Of a stretch of DNA of 64,000 bases, positions 28,201 to 36,912 are shown in pieces (the first letter of the stretch is position 1; every line of letters begins with the position of its first letter). The stretch is taken from positions 13,467-77,466 of the IMG/VR virus record IMGVR_UViG_3300025727_000782; one strand, 5' to 3'. Origin of the DNA: a virus. A program made the translations under genes and the position numbers. The notes beneath the pieces were generated by a model. It had not been told where the DNA came from, ran no database searches, and saw nothing but the letters and a program-made list of their open reading frames with translations.

Positions 28201-30610
28201 TTCATTTGACGCAGCTGGTACTGCTATCACTATGAAATCAGATACCTTTTCATTAACAGGAACAAACTTAGAATTATCATCTACTGGACCAAGTGGAACA
28301 AGTAAAATATCAATTGGAACTTTAACAGATGCTGATGATATTTCAGACACATCAGCAGGATTTTATGCAGATAATGATGGAAATGTTTTAATTAAAGGCG
28401 ATACAGCTAGTAATGATTACATACGATTTAAGAGTGGTGATATTGATATTAAGGCACAAAATTTTGATTTAAATGCAGGAATTGGTAAACTTGTAATTGG
28501 AAGTTCAACACCAAGTATAGCATTAACTACCGCGGACGCTACATTTAGTGTCGGTTCAATCACATCCGATTCCGATACAACTGGTGCAGGTGTATTTATG
28601 GATGGTAATGGCCACTTTAGAGTTATTGGAGATGCTGATAATCAAATTATAGTTGATGGTGGGGATATGACTATTAAGTCGCAAGATTTAACTCTTTTAT
28701 CAACACACTTCACTGCTTCATCAGATCATGGTGGATATATATCATTGCCCACTACAGCAAGTAATGCTGGTTATCCAGGAGATGATACATGGACTACACA
28801 AAATGGTGTATGGTTAAGTGGTAGTGGAGAATTTAATTTAAAACAAGATGGATCTAGATATATAAGACATATCAAGGGCCAAGGTATTGAAATGGCTTTT
28901 CCAAACTTCTCAGTTGATTCGGATGGAAATATGACTGCAAATAGTGCATCATTTATGGGAGATATACAAGCTAAATCAGGATTCTTTGGACAAAGTACTG
29001 GTTCGGGTTGGATTATAGATGGTGCCACAATAAGAGATGATGATAGTCAAATTGTTATTGATGGTACATCTACTTCACCAAGTATTACGATTGTATCCCA
29101 AAGTTTTTCAGCAGAAATGGTACCAGATTTTACTCCTGGTTCAGTAATATTAGCAGGTGGTGGTAATTCATATGATAGTGGAGTTCAAGGAATAGATTCA
29201 AGTCCAGAGGATACACAGACTGGAACAATTACCAATGGAAACAATTTTGCCACGGCCAATACGGTATTTCAAGGATTTACAGCTGTAACTGGTGGTACTT
29301 CATCCCCAATGACGGGATCTACAGCTTATGGTGGTATGAATGGTGGTGATACAGATGGAGAGGCTACTGCAGCTTCATTAACAGGACCTGATAGAGTTTA
29401 TAAGAGTTCGGTATCATTAGAACATAAAACTACAGTTTCAAGTGATTGGATAAATGATTCAGGTATTAATAATTGGATGACATTTGGTAGTGTACCATAT
29501 ACATTATATTTACGACTTAGAAAAACTAATTCACCACCGAGTACTGTGTATGAAGAAACAATAAGTGGTGCCTTTTTTACCGATTTCTTTAGTGAAATGT
29601 TTCAACCAGCATCAGGTCCTTGGCCATCTGGTGGACCTTATACTCATGAAATGGTGAGGTCATTTACAAGAACTGTGAATCATACTGTTGAAACAGATGA
29701 TGATACATACCAATGGGAAATTTCAGCTGCAAATACAACAAATAATAATCTTCGTGGAACTTATACAGATAGTAATATAGGTAATAAACCTGGAAGTGAA
29801 TCTTTAACACTTACAAGTTGTACAACAACTATTACGGCGGCATCACACGCACCAAGTAATAAAAAGGTTGAGATTGCACCTTCTGGATTCCAAGCAGTAT
29901 TTTTACAAGAACCCACTTTGGAACATGCGGACAATAGCTATTTCCGCGTAACACCAGCTGAAGATAAAACGGTTGATATACTGGGTAGTGCTAATATAAC
30001 GGGCTCGATGAAAGTGAAAGAAATTCATCATGGTGGCACTGTTGGTTATGTAAATATTGATCCAAATGCTGCTAACGGTATAGCAACCAACAAAGATATT
30101 TTAGGAACAAACATTCAAGGTGCAAGGATTGAAATTGGTGGTACATCGGATACTTTCACACATCTAACAAGTGGAACAGGTGGAATATTGGTCAGGGTAA
30201 GTAACGCAAATGATTTCTTATTTGCAAATGGTGGGGATTTTCATGCCGGCAGAGATATAATTGGATATTCAGCAGATAGTAATGTATCAGATATAAAATT
30301 TAAAGAAAATATTTTACCAATCCATGATGCTCTATTTAAAGTTAAACAATTAAGAGGTGTGGAGTTTGATTGGAAAAAATCATTTAATGCTAGTGGTCAT
30401 GATATAGGATTTGTTGCTCAAGAAGTAGAAAAAATTGATGGTTTGGGTGTATTGGTTAAAGACAAGAAGAATTTCAAAACTGAAGAAGATATGAAAACAC
30501 TTTCATATACAAAGGTTGTACCATTATTAGTAGAAGCTATAAAAGAACAACAGATTCAGATAGAAGAATTGCAATCTAAATTGGAGAAGTTAGATGGCAG
30601 TATCGGGTAG
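22226..30610 (+). CDS. Giant tail fibre protein with C-terminal peptidase S74 intramolecular chaperone
   Basis: 2794 aa, Gly/Ser/Thr-rich repeats; SDIKFKENI...LRGVEFDWK...GFVAQEVE...LLVEAIKEQQ. Confidence 0.9.
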   Translation: MAILKRTNKYQGLKDIDVLVEESGLSSQYFNIYDVPSNIPQGRSSFLLAGSPFLKNFVELKVEILDSAGQTVYTEPVSNYIEGNARRVSIEVYDDTAPGDAFLYIVGELKDNFRSVSGQQRQNLEVTDKFLDSEILNNLGGNDVPHDFQNIYNVRYIRPIFINTVIPNSEPIYFYQQPRVTVTEILKGYVVETSVSSSYEITGSVSVDPIPDLKPKDPEPDPIDGFSKGMNDGARDEIGNELEIFKNRRSSKIDPLRHSNYSSRGRVMRRESPEIDRFTITVGSMETSPENTTSDAVTSAFVGGEITINNPSVDSTLYPPDEYTIPTQYKSSIKKVNNEKTLVPLDDFVITKKSTGEKVPVQIDEANNNVTMSVTPTPPQIISTTHYRSYADIIVGNLHTFSGDVYKAKIYARSKGTLGDFEPVYDASIEAPQVLIDSYSETGFKNTGYFYTQSIVDDYWDVVNGTATQNNSKFIDGVLISGSNAGFTPEHSTVNTVEFNTSHSYDLQTGVPYTLEFNAYYYKEDKSDKDGVSTKQAELEVFLSGSAMTGGSEENHKLGKVVVNDNTTEGQVLGVHNTFTSAITGTPSTHLKFKATSGRWIIQDILLRPHSETNFNPSYFRTIVPMTHPLPKKPDQYDFLVEFYDLNNNIAETISVKENIDFVGAPQNIDGEDNLLSGSLFIGNAQGSGFEMAGASSAYMRSLTYEGFDKTIASSSGGFMIWSGSVGGRLSSSEDYDGVGLEIVDAHGATDRYLQFKTNPSTFKVQTDEFFLGSTSQFVSGSNSNIEISSSNFHLTPEGDVTMSGTITATAGNIGDWTISGGDIVGSNITMDADSSRIYKTDDNADLTGYYMDFTPGSNYYIRFGTNFAVSSSGTLIAEGAIIEGVLTSSEGLIANWTIDSDSIYKLTSGKYSGLSSTGDTRFFGGASSLTATGSAPFNVKATGDITGSSVLFTGGKVGGFEIVTDGLSSVNNAFQVTGSTGQVSGSQVYFDGGKIGGFVLTSTELYSLDSGTPDSTPDTGITIDTTGGGNSKGVIRIYDGTTVNAALGNWTSGKYGIYAQEGLIGGWTVTSTELYNLGSGTPDLFPDTGMTIDTTGGSDSAAVVRVYDGTTVNAALGNWASGKYGVYAIEGDIGGWEIDSNKIFKDNIQLQSNNSIISIGGTTFGSAGVQLQYDSQGKFYAGDGSNNRIQFDSSGVDIKTTKFELDTTTLDISSTNKRITISDTDGSTEYVRIGEISTDASDKYGIKVWDGTGTNDTTDLIAMFGEQGNKIAGWEITGTQIRTIPNAGLGGVFAEGENGLILHADGTIESADFATNLKGWRIDTLGNGTAEFENARIRGTLSTAVFEKESVNVVGGQLMVANSTTLQPLRSGSEIIAGNSGSSATDVTMSFANVSGFVTGEILKAKSVGDTGFSVEYLYVTGSQRYTDPNSPYSASIASSSMGAIDPDGLAGEIYVGRGYGQVTNISSSVGTLDGAMSDTGTYSTEISIVLDLGSNVVNIQDVLKIDTERFKIISGSVTGNTGANQTVKVLRDFNQTDPAAHDNGETVFKIHGDNEFLQGLISTPVAYNEGQVFVSTGKFDASADLSSGYILMNANPNDTSTPYMDIVERTGSGVYDLQLRTRLGDLSGLSSAYLYGDEEPGFGLYTENGFFKGTLHAMTGSIHGILNVATSQGGIETGQKITIGRGVDGTHDGFRINNNNYWFTTGEFRVGDGTNYFHVSGTESNIASNISIKTDDFNINTSTFDVSTDNGGKVALGTLTGVNPATTKRGLFASGSGEVLIKGGTDSSKDYLLFNESGMTISVDDIDITATEFDLSSTGLKIDNDHIHLGTITTDTDVTGAGFYASSSGVFRVQGDASNYLRISSGNFEIATSEFNLTGTNMALCNESMSLGTITTATDTSGAGVYMDNDGVFRVQGDSSNYLRVSSSAIEMAAESFNLDATTVVIDSATNSGYISLGSTPNTSIAGTGKGVYMDGTGDFLLYGSSTNLFSFDAAGTAITMKSDTFSLTGTNLELSSTGPSGTSKISIGTLTDADDISDTSAGFYADNDGNVLIKGDTASNDYIRFKSGDIDIKAQNFDLNAGIGKLVIGSSTPSIALTTADATFSVGSITSDSDTTGAGVFMDGNGHFRVIGDADNQIIVDGGDMTIKSQDLTLLSTHFTASSDHGGYISLPTTASNAGYPGDDTWTTQNGVWLSGSGEFNLKQDGSRYIRHIKGQGIEMAFPNFSVDSDGNMTANSASFMGDIQAKSGFFGQSTGSGWIIDGATIRDDDSQIVIDGTSTSPSITIVSQSFSAEMVPDFTPGSVILAGGGNSYDSGVQGIDSSPEDTQTGTITNGNNFATANTVFQGFTAVTGGTSSPMTGSTAYGGMNGGDTDGEATAASLTGPDRVYKSSVSLEHKTTVSSDWINDSGINNWMTFGSVPYTLYLRLRKTNSPPSTVYEETISGAFFTDFFSEMFQPASGPWPSGGPYTHEMVRSFTRTVNHTVETDDDTYQWEISAANTTNNNLRGTYTDSNIGNKPGSESLTLTSCTTTITAASHAPSNKKVEIAPSGFQAVFLQEPTLEHADNSYFRVTPAEDKTVDILGSANITGSMKVKEIHHGGTVGYVNIDPNAANGIATNKDILGTNIQGARIEIGGTSDTFTHLTSGTGGILVRVSNANDFLFANGGDFHAGRDIIGYSADSNVSDIKFKENILPIHDALFKVKQLRGVEFDWKKSFNASGHDIGFVAQEVEKIDGLGVLVKDKKNFKTEEDMKTLSYTKVVPLLVEAIKEQQIQIEELQSKLEKLDGSIG
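25211..25624 (+). repeat. Tandem 207-nt (69-aa) intragenic duplication in the tail fibre
   Basis: IGG(F/W)..TSTELY.L.SGTPD..PDTG.TIDTTGG...R.YDGTTVNAALGNW.SGKYG twice; IGG codons at 25211, 25418, 25625. Confidence 0.85.
27480..28930 (+). repeat. Degenerate ~62-80-aa repeats (about 6-7 copies) in the tail fibre
   Basis: LGT/S...G(F/V)Y(A/M)..G.(F/V)...G...NY/DY...F.L recurs; closest pair starts 27716 and 27902 (186 nt). Confidence 0.7.
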
Positions 30611-33600
30611 TGGTGAAACAAAGTTAAGAGATATTTATAATGAACAGCAAGAGGCTACAGGAGAACCAAGTGCTAATACAAATATCTCTATGGATAGTCT
30701 TGCTGATTCTTATGGAGCTAATGCGGCAAGTACCGTTACATCTCGTGCAACTTTAAGTGGAGATCAAGATAATATATCTCATTTTCGAGGTGCAACTTTT
30801 CCAGGTACATTTGAAAATTTTGCAATATATCGAGGAAGTTATGGTTCAAATCAATTAGATGGAGTTGCAGCAAATGATGATAATTCTGTTGTGATTGAGG
30901 GAGAAACAATTGTTCCATATGCATCAACTACACAAGCTTTAGAAGGTGCTGAGAATGCAACATTTGAAATAATGACTATAGGTGGTGCATCACTTAGTTC
31001 AGTTCAATCTGATGATTCAAATGAAAGTGGTACAAATACATTTCCATATGCGGCAATAGTACTTTCACCAGAGAATGATACATATGATGGTACGAGTATG
31101 AAATTTAGAGTTTATGATACGAATAATACATTCAATGGTAGTTTCGGTGATCAAGTCTTTAGATTTTATGATAATATAAATACCCATACTACTTCTCAAA
31201 TTGGGCCATCAGGAAATACAGCTGCTACTAAAGTAATGTATGTAGATGCTGCAGATGAAAGTGTTGGTGATATTGTTACAGTTCATACAACTACAGTTGG
31301 TACTATTAGATCATCATCGTATTCAAATGTTATTAATGAGAACGGAGATGGTGGTAATATTTATCATTCAGAAGATTTAGAGGGTGCTTTCACAATTGGA
31401 AATACACCAGGAAAAATGACATTTTCATATACTCATTGGAATTATCCATATAGTACAACTTCTGGTGGTTCTCGTAATACAAGTACAAATACAGCAGTTC
31501 TTGATATACGATATAATAATGCAATTGATTCATTAGCAATAGATGACACAACAATAAATGTTTCATCGGTAGATGGTGCAGATAATGCTACTTTTACTTG
31601 TTATTCAGAAGGGTATGTGGGAACACTTACGATTGGATATGATACTAATAATACCACAAGTGATACATCATATACTAATACAACTGAAGCAGTTAGTACA
31701 TTATATGTGAGAGAATCCATAAGTAAAAATTTCACTATAAGTTCTGCAGGTACATATTATCCAAAAGCACATCATGGTGGAAATGCTGTAGTGGGTTCTT
31801 CATTTATAGTAGCTCCAGCACTTGCGTATACAACAACTAACAATCAAACAATAAATGTAAGTACAACTCAAGCTTTTGCAGCTTCAGTTTCAGCTGGTAC
31901 TAATGCATCAGTTGCAATTACATCATCACCCAATATTGGTAGTGGAACGACTACTGCCACAATGACACCACTTTTAAAAACTGGTGATTTTACAATAAGT
32001 TACGCTGGTACTGCAGATTATAGTCAGACTAATAACCAAACTGATATTTTATCTGTAGACCCAACTGTTAGTGTGGCTCTTACAGATAATCAAACTGGAA
32101 ATAATTTTCCTATAAATGATGCTCATAGTGATACCATTACATCTGGTACACATGGTGTAAGTCCAACTGTATTCACACATACACCCACTGCGGTGGGAAC
32201 TTTACAAAATGGAAATGCATTAGCTTATGCTTGGTCAGCAGCAAGTTCGAATTTTACTTATACGAGTGGCACCGTTTCAACTGCTGGAGCAGTTTCTTTT
32301 AAGAAGAATTGGCCAGGTACACTTTCACACTCATTAACCGTTACGGGAGATGATGATAGAACTGCAACAGATTCAAGTTCCGTAGTTTGTATAGGTGTAA
32401 CAAAAACAGTTGCAGGGTCGACAAGTGATGTATTGAGAATAGGAACTACTTTTACGGTAACGAGTATTAGTACAGCATATACACAAACGGTAGCACTTTA
32501 TCGTCAAAATTCGTTGGCCGGTTGGGATAAAATAGCTAATGGAGTATCTGTTGCTAGTACTATAAATTTTTCTTTGACTGGATTTCAAATTCCTGATGCA
32601 ACTGCACGGGCCGTTAGGTTAGTGGATGATGATAATACTGGTGTTTATGCTGCTTTGGGTAATTTTGCTATCTTGAATCCATTACCCACTATCACGAGTT
32701 TTACTGCAACAGCATCAACCACAATAGGTCAAATAGATTTAGCATGGTCAATATCTGGTGCATCAGGAGGATCGGTAAGTATTAATCAAGATGTTGGTTC
32801 TCAATCAACTGGGAATTCTGGTACTGATTCTGATACTGGATTAGGTAATAATACACCAGTAACTTATACATTAACAGTAAATAATGCAAATAGTGAAGCG
32901 GTAACGGCTCAAGCTAGCGCAACAACTCTTACTCCAACTATATCTCTTGCTGCTCCTGATGTTACTTCATGGACTTGGGGAGATTCAGGAAATGTTACTT
33001 TAGTTGCACAGAAAAATTATTACGATACTGTAACTGGACATATGGGTTATGATTTAACAACCGCTAGTGGAACAAGTGGAACGGAATTACAAACAATAAC
33101 TGCAGGTAATGGTTCGGTTGGTACTAATTTTAATATGGTTTTTGATATAAATGATTGGACTTATGCGAGTAGTTTAGGTAGTACAATAACTGATTTTAGA
33201 GCAGGAAATTCATCTGCCGCATGGGTTGTACAAAACAATGCCTCAACCGTTAGTGATTTTGCTACACCAAATGATGCTACTTCATTTTCAGCAACAGGAA
33301 CTTCTGCAACAGGAATTCAAATTAGCTGGACAAATCCAACTGGTAATTTTACTGGAGTAACACTTCACGGTGGTCCACAGGGTGATATTGTAGAACTTTT
33401 AGCTACTGTTACAAATGGTCAAACACCAAGTTTTTCCCATATAGGTTTAACTCAAGGAACTACTTATGCATATTATCTAAAAACATATTATGATAGAACT
33501 GCTAATGGTGTAACAAGAACAAAATATAATCAATCTGCTACTTTCACAGGTACAACAATAGGGTGGGATTCAATTAGTGTTGCAGGACAGACAATGTCAT

Positions 33601-34589
33601 TAACTGCAGGAACTGGGTGGAACGATACTGGTGGTGGACTAACTTCAGGACAAGAAGATGCACATCTACAAGCGACGGGCACCACTAAGACATTATATTA
33701 TTTAGATAGTACAACTTTAGGTACAGATACAGTTAGTTTGAGAAGAGCGCAAGATGAGGGTACATGGAATGGTACTCAAGATTGGTACGGACATTCAGAA
33801 ACAAATGATGTACTTTATATAGAAAATGATGGAACTGTAACTGCAGCAAATTATATTTTATCGGCAAATGTAAAACCAGATGGTCCCGCAAATGCTACGG
33901 CAACTGCAAATAGTACTTCACAAATAACATTAACTTGGTCATGTACTTCAGCAATAGAAACAGGATTTAAAATTTTTAGAAGTACATCAGCTTATCCAGA
34001 TTCTTCAGGAACACCTATAAACTCACCATCTGCAAATGCAACTTCATATGTTAATAATACAGGATTATCTGGCAACACACAATATTATTATTCGATATAT
34101 TCATATCGTGGTTCGACTGTTTCAAGTGTTAGAGCAACTGCAACCGCAACGACACAAACAGCGACGCCAACCGTTTCAATTGCTGGAACTGTAGGATCAA
34201 ATTGGAATGCAGGAACAAACACTTATGCGGACGCTACTTTATCAGACGGCGATACCTTAGAAACAACTACATTTACAGTTACTTCGGCCGATAGGGGTGG
34301 TAATATAGTTAGGTTGCAAGTAGCCGGTACAAATGATGGAAACTTTAAATGGAGAGATCACACAGCGGATAGTGGATGGAGTGGTGCTGGATGGAGCTAT
34401 GTTGGTAGTAGTACTTCTGCAGAAAATCTTATGGCAGATAATAATACAAATTATTTTAGAATATCACGAGAAATGAATTCCGGTGGAGATGATAGTCCAG
34501 ATATAACATTAAGATGTAGGGTAATAAGCGGTGGAACTTCGTATTACTCAAACACAATAACTATTAATTTTGACTTGCTAGTAATGTAG
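30594..34589 (+). CDS. Large tail-fibre-associated adhesin-like protein with FN3/Ig-like domains
   Basis: Thr/Ser-rich; PDGPANATATANSTSQITLTWS...GLSGNTQYYYSIYS and two similar FN3-like units; overlaps fibre stop. Confidence 0.7.
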   Translation: MAVSGSGETKLRDIYNEQQEATGEPSANTNISMDSLADSYGANAASTVTSRATLSGDQDNISHFRGATFPGTFENFAIYRGSYGSNQLDGVAANDDNSVVIEGETIVPYASTTQALEGAENATFEIMTIGGASLSSVQSDDSNESGTNTFPYAAIVLSPENDTYDGTSMKFRVYDTNNTFNGSFGDQVFRFYDNINTHTTSQIGPSGNTAATKVMYVDAADESVGDIVTVHTTTVGTIRSSSYSNVINENGDGGNIYHSEDLEGAFTIGNTPGKMTFSYTHWNYPYSTTSGGSRNTSTNTAVLDIRYNNAIDSLAIDDTTINVSSVDGADNATFTCYSEGYVGTLTIGYDTNNTTSDTSYTNTTEAVSTLYVRESISKNFTISSAGTYYPKAHHGGNAVVGSSFIVAPALAYTTTNNQTINVSTTQAFAASVSAGTNASVAITSSPNIGSGTTTATMTPLLKTGDFTISYAGTADYSQTNNQTDILSVDPTVSVALTDNQTGNNFPINDAHSDTITSGTHGVSPTVFTHTPTAVGTLQNGNALAYAWSAASSNFTYTSGTVSTAGAVSFKKNWPGTLSHSLTVTGDDDRTATDSSSVVCIGVTKTVAGSTSDVLRIGTTFTVTSISTAYTQTVALYRQNSLAGWDKIANGVSVASTINFSLTGFQIPDATARAVRLVDDDNTGVYAALGNFAILNPLPTITSFTATASTTIGQIDLAWSISGASGGSVSINQDVGSQSTGNSGTDSDTGLGNNTPVTYTLTVNNANSEAVTAQASATTLTPTISLAAPDVTSWTWGDSGNVTLVAQKNYYDTVTGHMGYDLTTASGTSGTELQTITAGNGSVGTNFNMVFDINDWTYASSLGSTITDFRAGNSSAAWVVQNNASTVSDFATPNDATSFSATGTSATGIQISWTNPTGNFTGVTLHGGPQGDIVELLATVTNGQTPSFSHIGLTQGTTYAYYLKTYYDRTANGVTRTKYNQSATFTGTTIGWDSISVAGQTMSLTAGTGWNDTGGGLTSGQEDAHLQATGTTKTLYYLDSTTLGTDTVSLRRAQDEGTWNGTQDWYGHSETNDVLYIENDGTVTAANYILSANVKPDGPANATATANSTSQITLTWSCTSAIETGFKIFRSTSAYPDSSGTPINSPSANATSYVNNTGLSGNTQYYYSIYSYRGSTVSSVRATATATTQTATPTVSIAGTVGSNWNAGTNTYADATLSDGDTLETTTFTVTSADRGGNIVRLQVAGTNDGNFKWRDHTADSGWSGAGWSYVGSSTSAENLMADNNTNYFRISREMNSGGDDSPDITLRCRVISGGTSYYSNTITINFDLLVM

Positions 34590-34596
34590 GAGACAT

Positions 34597-35772
34597 ATGA
34601 GTAAAGAAATATATGATGTTTATTATTCCACAGGTGGTGGTGATTTAGTTTATGGTGGTGCCGATTTATGGGTGAATCATTGGATTGAAAATGTTGCACC
34701 AAAACTAAAAGTAAAACCAGTGTTGGCAATTCATCGAAAGGCCCCAACAAATCCATTATCAATAGAACAAAAACGAGCATTTAAAAGTAGTGTTAAAAAA
34801 GGAACTGGTGGTAATGAGGGTAGAAAAATAAATGTATCGTTGAGAACTAATTTTAAAAAATCTTTAGAGAAAAAAGATAAGGTTTATAAAGAATTAGAAA
34901 AAACTAAATCTTGGGAAGAAGTAGTAGAGGATGATTTACAAGTAATTTATCAACCCGATGATGTGAAAAAATTTCGTGAAGTATTACGAGGAGCAAGACG
35001 AATAAATATTCTTCATGGATATTATACAAATAATCCAGATTTTATTGAGATGAAAGATAAAATATTTAGTAATGTGGTTCATGTTTGTATTGAGAATACA
35101 TTTAAAGCACACACCATAATAGAAACAGAATCACAAATGACTTTTGGTATGGATAGAGAATGGGAAAATGAAATTAATAGTTATGCAAAACATCCTATAT
35201 GGATTGGATTTAGTAAAACACCACTACATGATAAATTCAATATGAAAGATATTACTAACTTTTATGAATTTAAACATAATTTAGATGTGAGTGATGACAA
35301 TACTATTGGATTTGCAGCAAGAGTAGAGGCAAGAAAGTGTGTACACTATTTAACAGATTTAAAATCAGAAATCTGTACACGAACTGATGATTTATTTTGG
35401 TATAGAAAAAATTTAAATATGACATTTCCAAAATCAAAAGTATTTAAATACTCAAATGATACCATTGAGTTATTTTATAAGAAAAAGTGGGGAGTTGCTC
35501 ATGTTGCTCACTTATTAGAACCATTTGGATATGGGATATTTCAGGCATTAGATTTTGGAAAAATCCCTATTATTGCAAGTGATTGGTTGCCTGAATATAA
35601 TTATCCATTTCGATGTCATGATAAAAAAGGATTTGAAAAGTGTTATAAAGAAATATGTGAACTTACAATTGAACAAAGACGAAAATATGTATTTGATTTC
35701 CGTGATTATTTAAGAAAATACGATAATAAAAAGAGATGGGCAAAAAATTTCACGGATTTATACAACTCTTGA
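34597..35772 (+). CDS. Glycosyltransferase, GT-B / GT4-like
   Basis: N-terminal GGAD; IGFAARVEARK; EPFGYGIFQALDFGKIPII. Confidence 0.7.
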   Translation: MSKEIYDVYYSTGGGDLVYGGADLWVNHWIENVAPKLKVKPVLAIHRKAPTNPLSIEQKRAFKSSVKKGTGGNEGRKINVSLRTNFKKSLEKKDKVYKELEKTKSWEEVVEDDLQVIYQPDDVKKFREVLRGARRINILHGYYTNNPDFIEMKDKIFSNVVHVCIENTFKAHTIIETESQMTFGMDREWENEINSYAKHPIWIGFSKTPLHDKFNMKDITNFYEFKHNLDVSDDNTIGFAARVEARKCVHYLTDLKSEICTRTDDLFWYRKNLNMTFPKSKVFKYSNDTIELFYKKKWGVAHVAHLLEPFGYGIFQALDFGKIPIIASDWLPEYNYPFRCHDKKGFEKCYKEICELTIEQRRKYVFDFRDYLRKYDNKKRWAKNFTDLYNS

Positions 35773-35779
35773 TATTTAT
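35772..35779 (+). promoter_or_regulatory. Putative promoter motif ATATTTAT
   Basis: Upstream of Hint-domain gene. Confidence 0.55.
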
Positions 35780-35805
35780 TATTGAATTAATTTAGGGAAA
35801 AAATA

Positions 35806-36837
35806 ATGTCAACAGCAGCAGGACAAAACTTATCATTAGGAAAATTAAGACGAGCAATCGATGGAAACGATTCGTATACCGCCGAATTTGCTATGTCTAC
35901 TGCCAAAGGTTCTTCAGCTACAGTTCAGATGAGTGAGTTTTCCATTAGTTCAGTAGATAGTGTTAGTGGATATGCTTATTTATGGGAATCAACTGCAGAA
36001 ACCTATACAATGAACTTTAGTAATGCAGGTGCTTTATTTTTATCAAAAATAGCAAGTAGAGATGAAAATTTTACTTGGTCGGATAATAGTTCGATTTTAA
36101 GTGTTGCAGGTGATTATACTGCTACAGTAACAGCGGGTGCAATTTCAAATGCAAATACTGGTACTGGAGCAGATGATGATTGGTATGCAGCGGGAACTAA
36201 TAATGCAGCTGTAGCAGTTACAGGTTCATTTAATGAAGATGGACAAAGTAATGGATTTAATGATCATGCTACAAATTATAATACTAATTTATACAAAACA
36301 CTTACCATTGTGGATAGTTATGGTGGTTCACCAAGTTGTTTATTAATTGGAACACCAATTGATATGGCAGATGGTACTACTAAACTTGTAGAAGATTTAG
36401 AAATTGGTGATGAAGTTTTATCAATGAATATGCCAGGTCAACTTGATGAAGATAATGATGATTGGAGAAGTTGTAGATTTTCTGATGAGAAAACAGAAAC
36501 ATTTACTCAACATTCTGCAAGTGTTCAAGATATTAACTTTGATTTTGCACACAATTATTGGAATATAAATGATGGACAAGAGAAGATTACAGGTGAACAC
36601 GAAATGCTATATAAACCATTAAATGAAGATGTTTGGATGTGGCAATTAGTTCCAAATATGAAAGTTGGTGCTAATGTAATGGACAAAAATGGAAATGAAG
36701 TTGAAATTAAATCTTTGGAGAACATACCAAGTGATGAAGGATTTGAAGTAGTTCAAATTGATGTAGAACCATTGGATGTATATTTTGGTAAAACATTCTT
36801 GGTACATAATAAGGGAAGTAATGTTAATCCATTCTAA
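35806..36837 (+). CDS. Structural-type protein with C-terminal Hint (bacterial intein-like) domain
   Basis: CLLIGTPIDMADGTTKLVEDLEIGDEV (Cys178), ITGEH, FLVHN then KGSNVNPF-stop. Confidence 0.85.
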   Translation: MSTAAGQNLSLGKLRRAIDGNDSYTAEFAMSTAKGSSATVQMSEFSISSVDSVSGYAYLWESTAETYTMNFSNAGALFLSKIASRDENFTWSDNSSILSVAGDYTATVTAGAISNANTGTGADDDWYAAGTNNAAVAVTGSFNEDGQSNGFNDHATNYNTNLYKTLTIVDSYGGSPSCLLIGTPIDMADGTTKLVEDLEIGDEVLSMNMPGQLDEDNDDWRSCRFSDEKTETFTQHSASVQDINFDFAHNYWNINDGQEKITGEHEMLYKPLNEDVWMWQLVPNMKVGANVMDKNGNEVEIKSLENIPSDEGFEVVQIDVEPLDVYFGKTFLVHNKGSNVNPF

Positions 36838-36873
36838 TTGTAAAAAAATAATGAATTAACACGAGTTTAGGTT

Positions 36874-36881
36874 ATATTTAT
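36874..36881 (+). promoter_or_regulatory. Putative promoter motif ATATTTAT
   Basis: Heads the methyltransferase/GT/radical SAM operon. Confidence 0.55.
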
Positions 36882-36912
36882 TAATAGGAAAATTACAAAA
36901 AAATAGGTTATT

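Noticed and set aside
22226-34589. Diversity-generating retroelement acting on the fibre or adhesin
   Set aside because: No reverse transcriptase, and no near-identical repeat pair differing only at adenines was seen; the repeats are in-frame tandem duplications
5490-36810. Calling the two Hint domains mobile inteins
   Set aside because: No homing endonuclease; one lacks the terminal Asn and the other lacks a +1 Cys/Ser/Thr, so canonical splicing is unlikely
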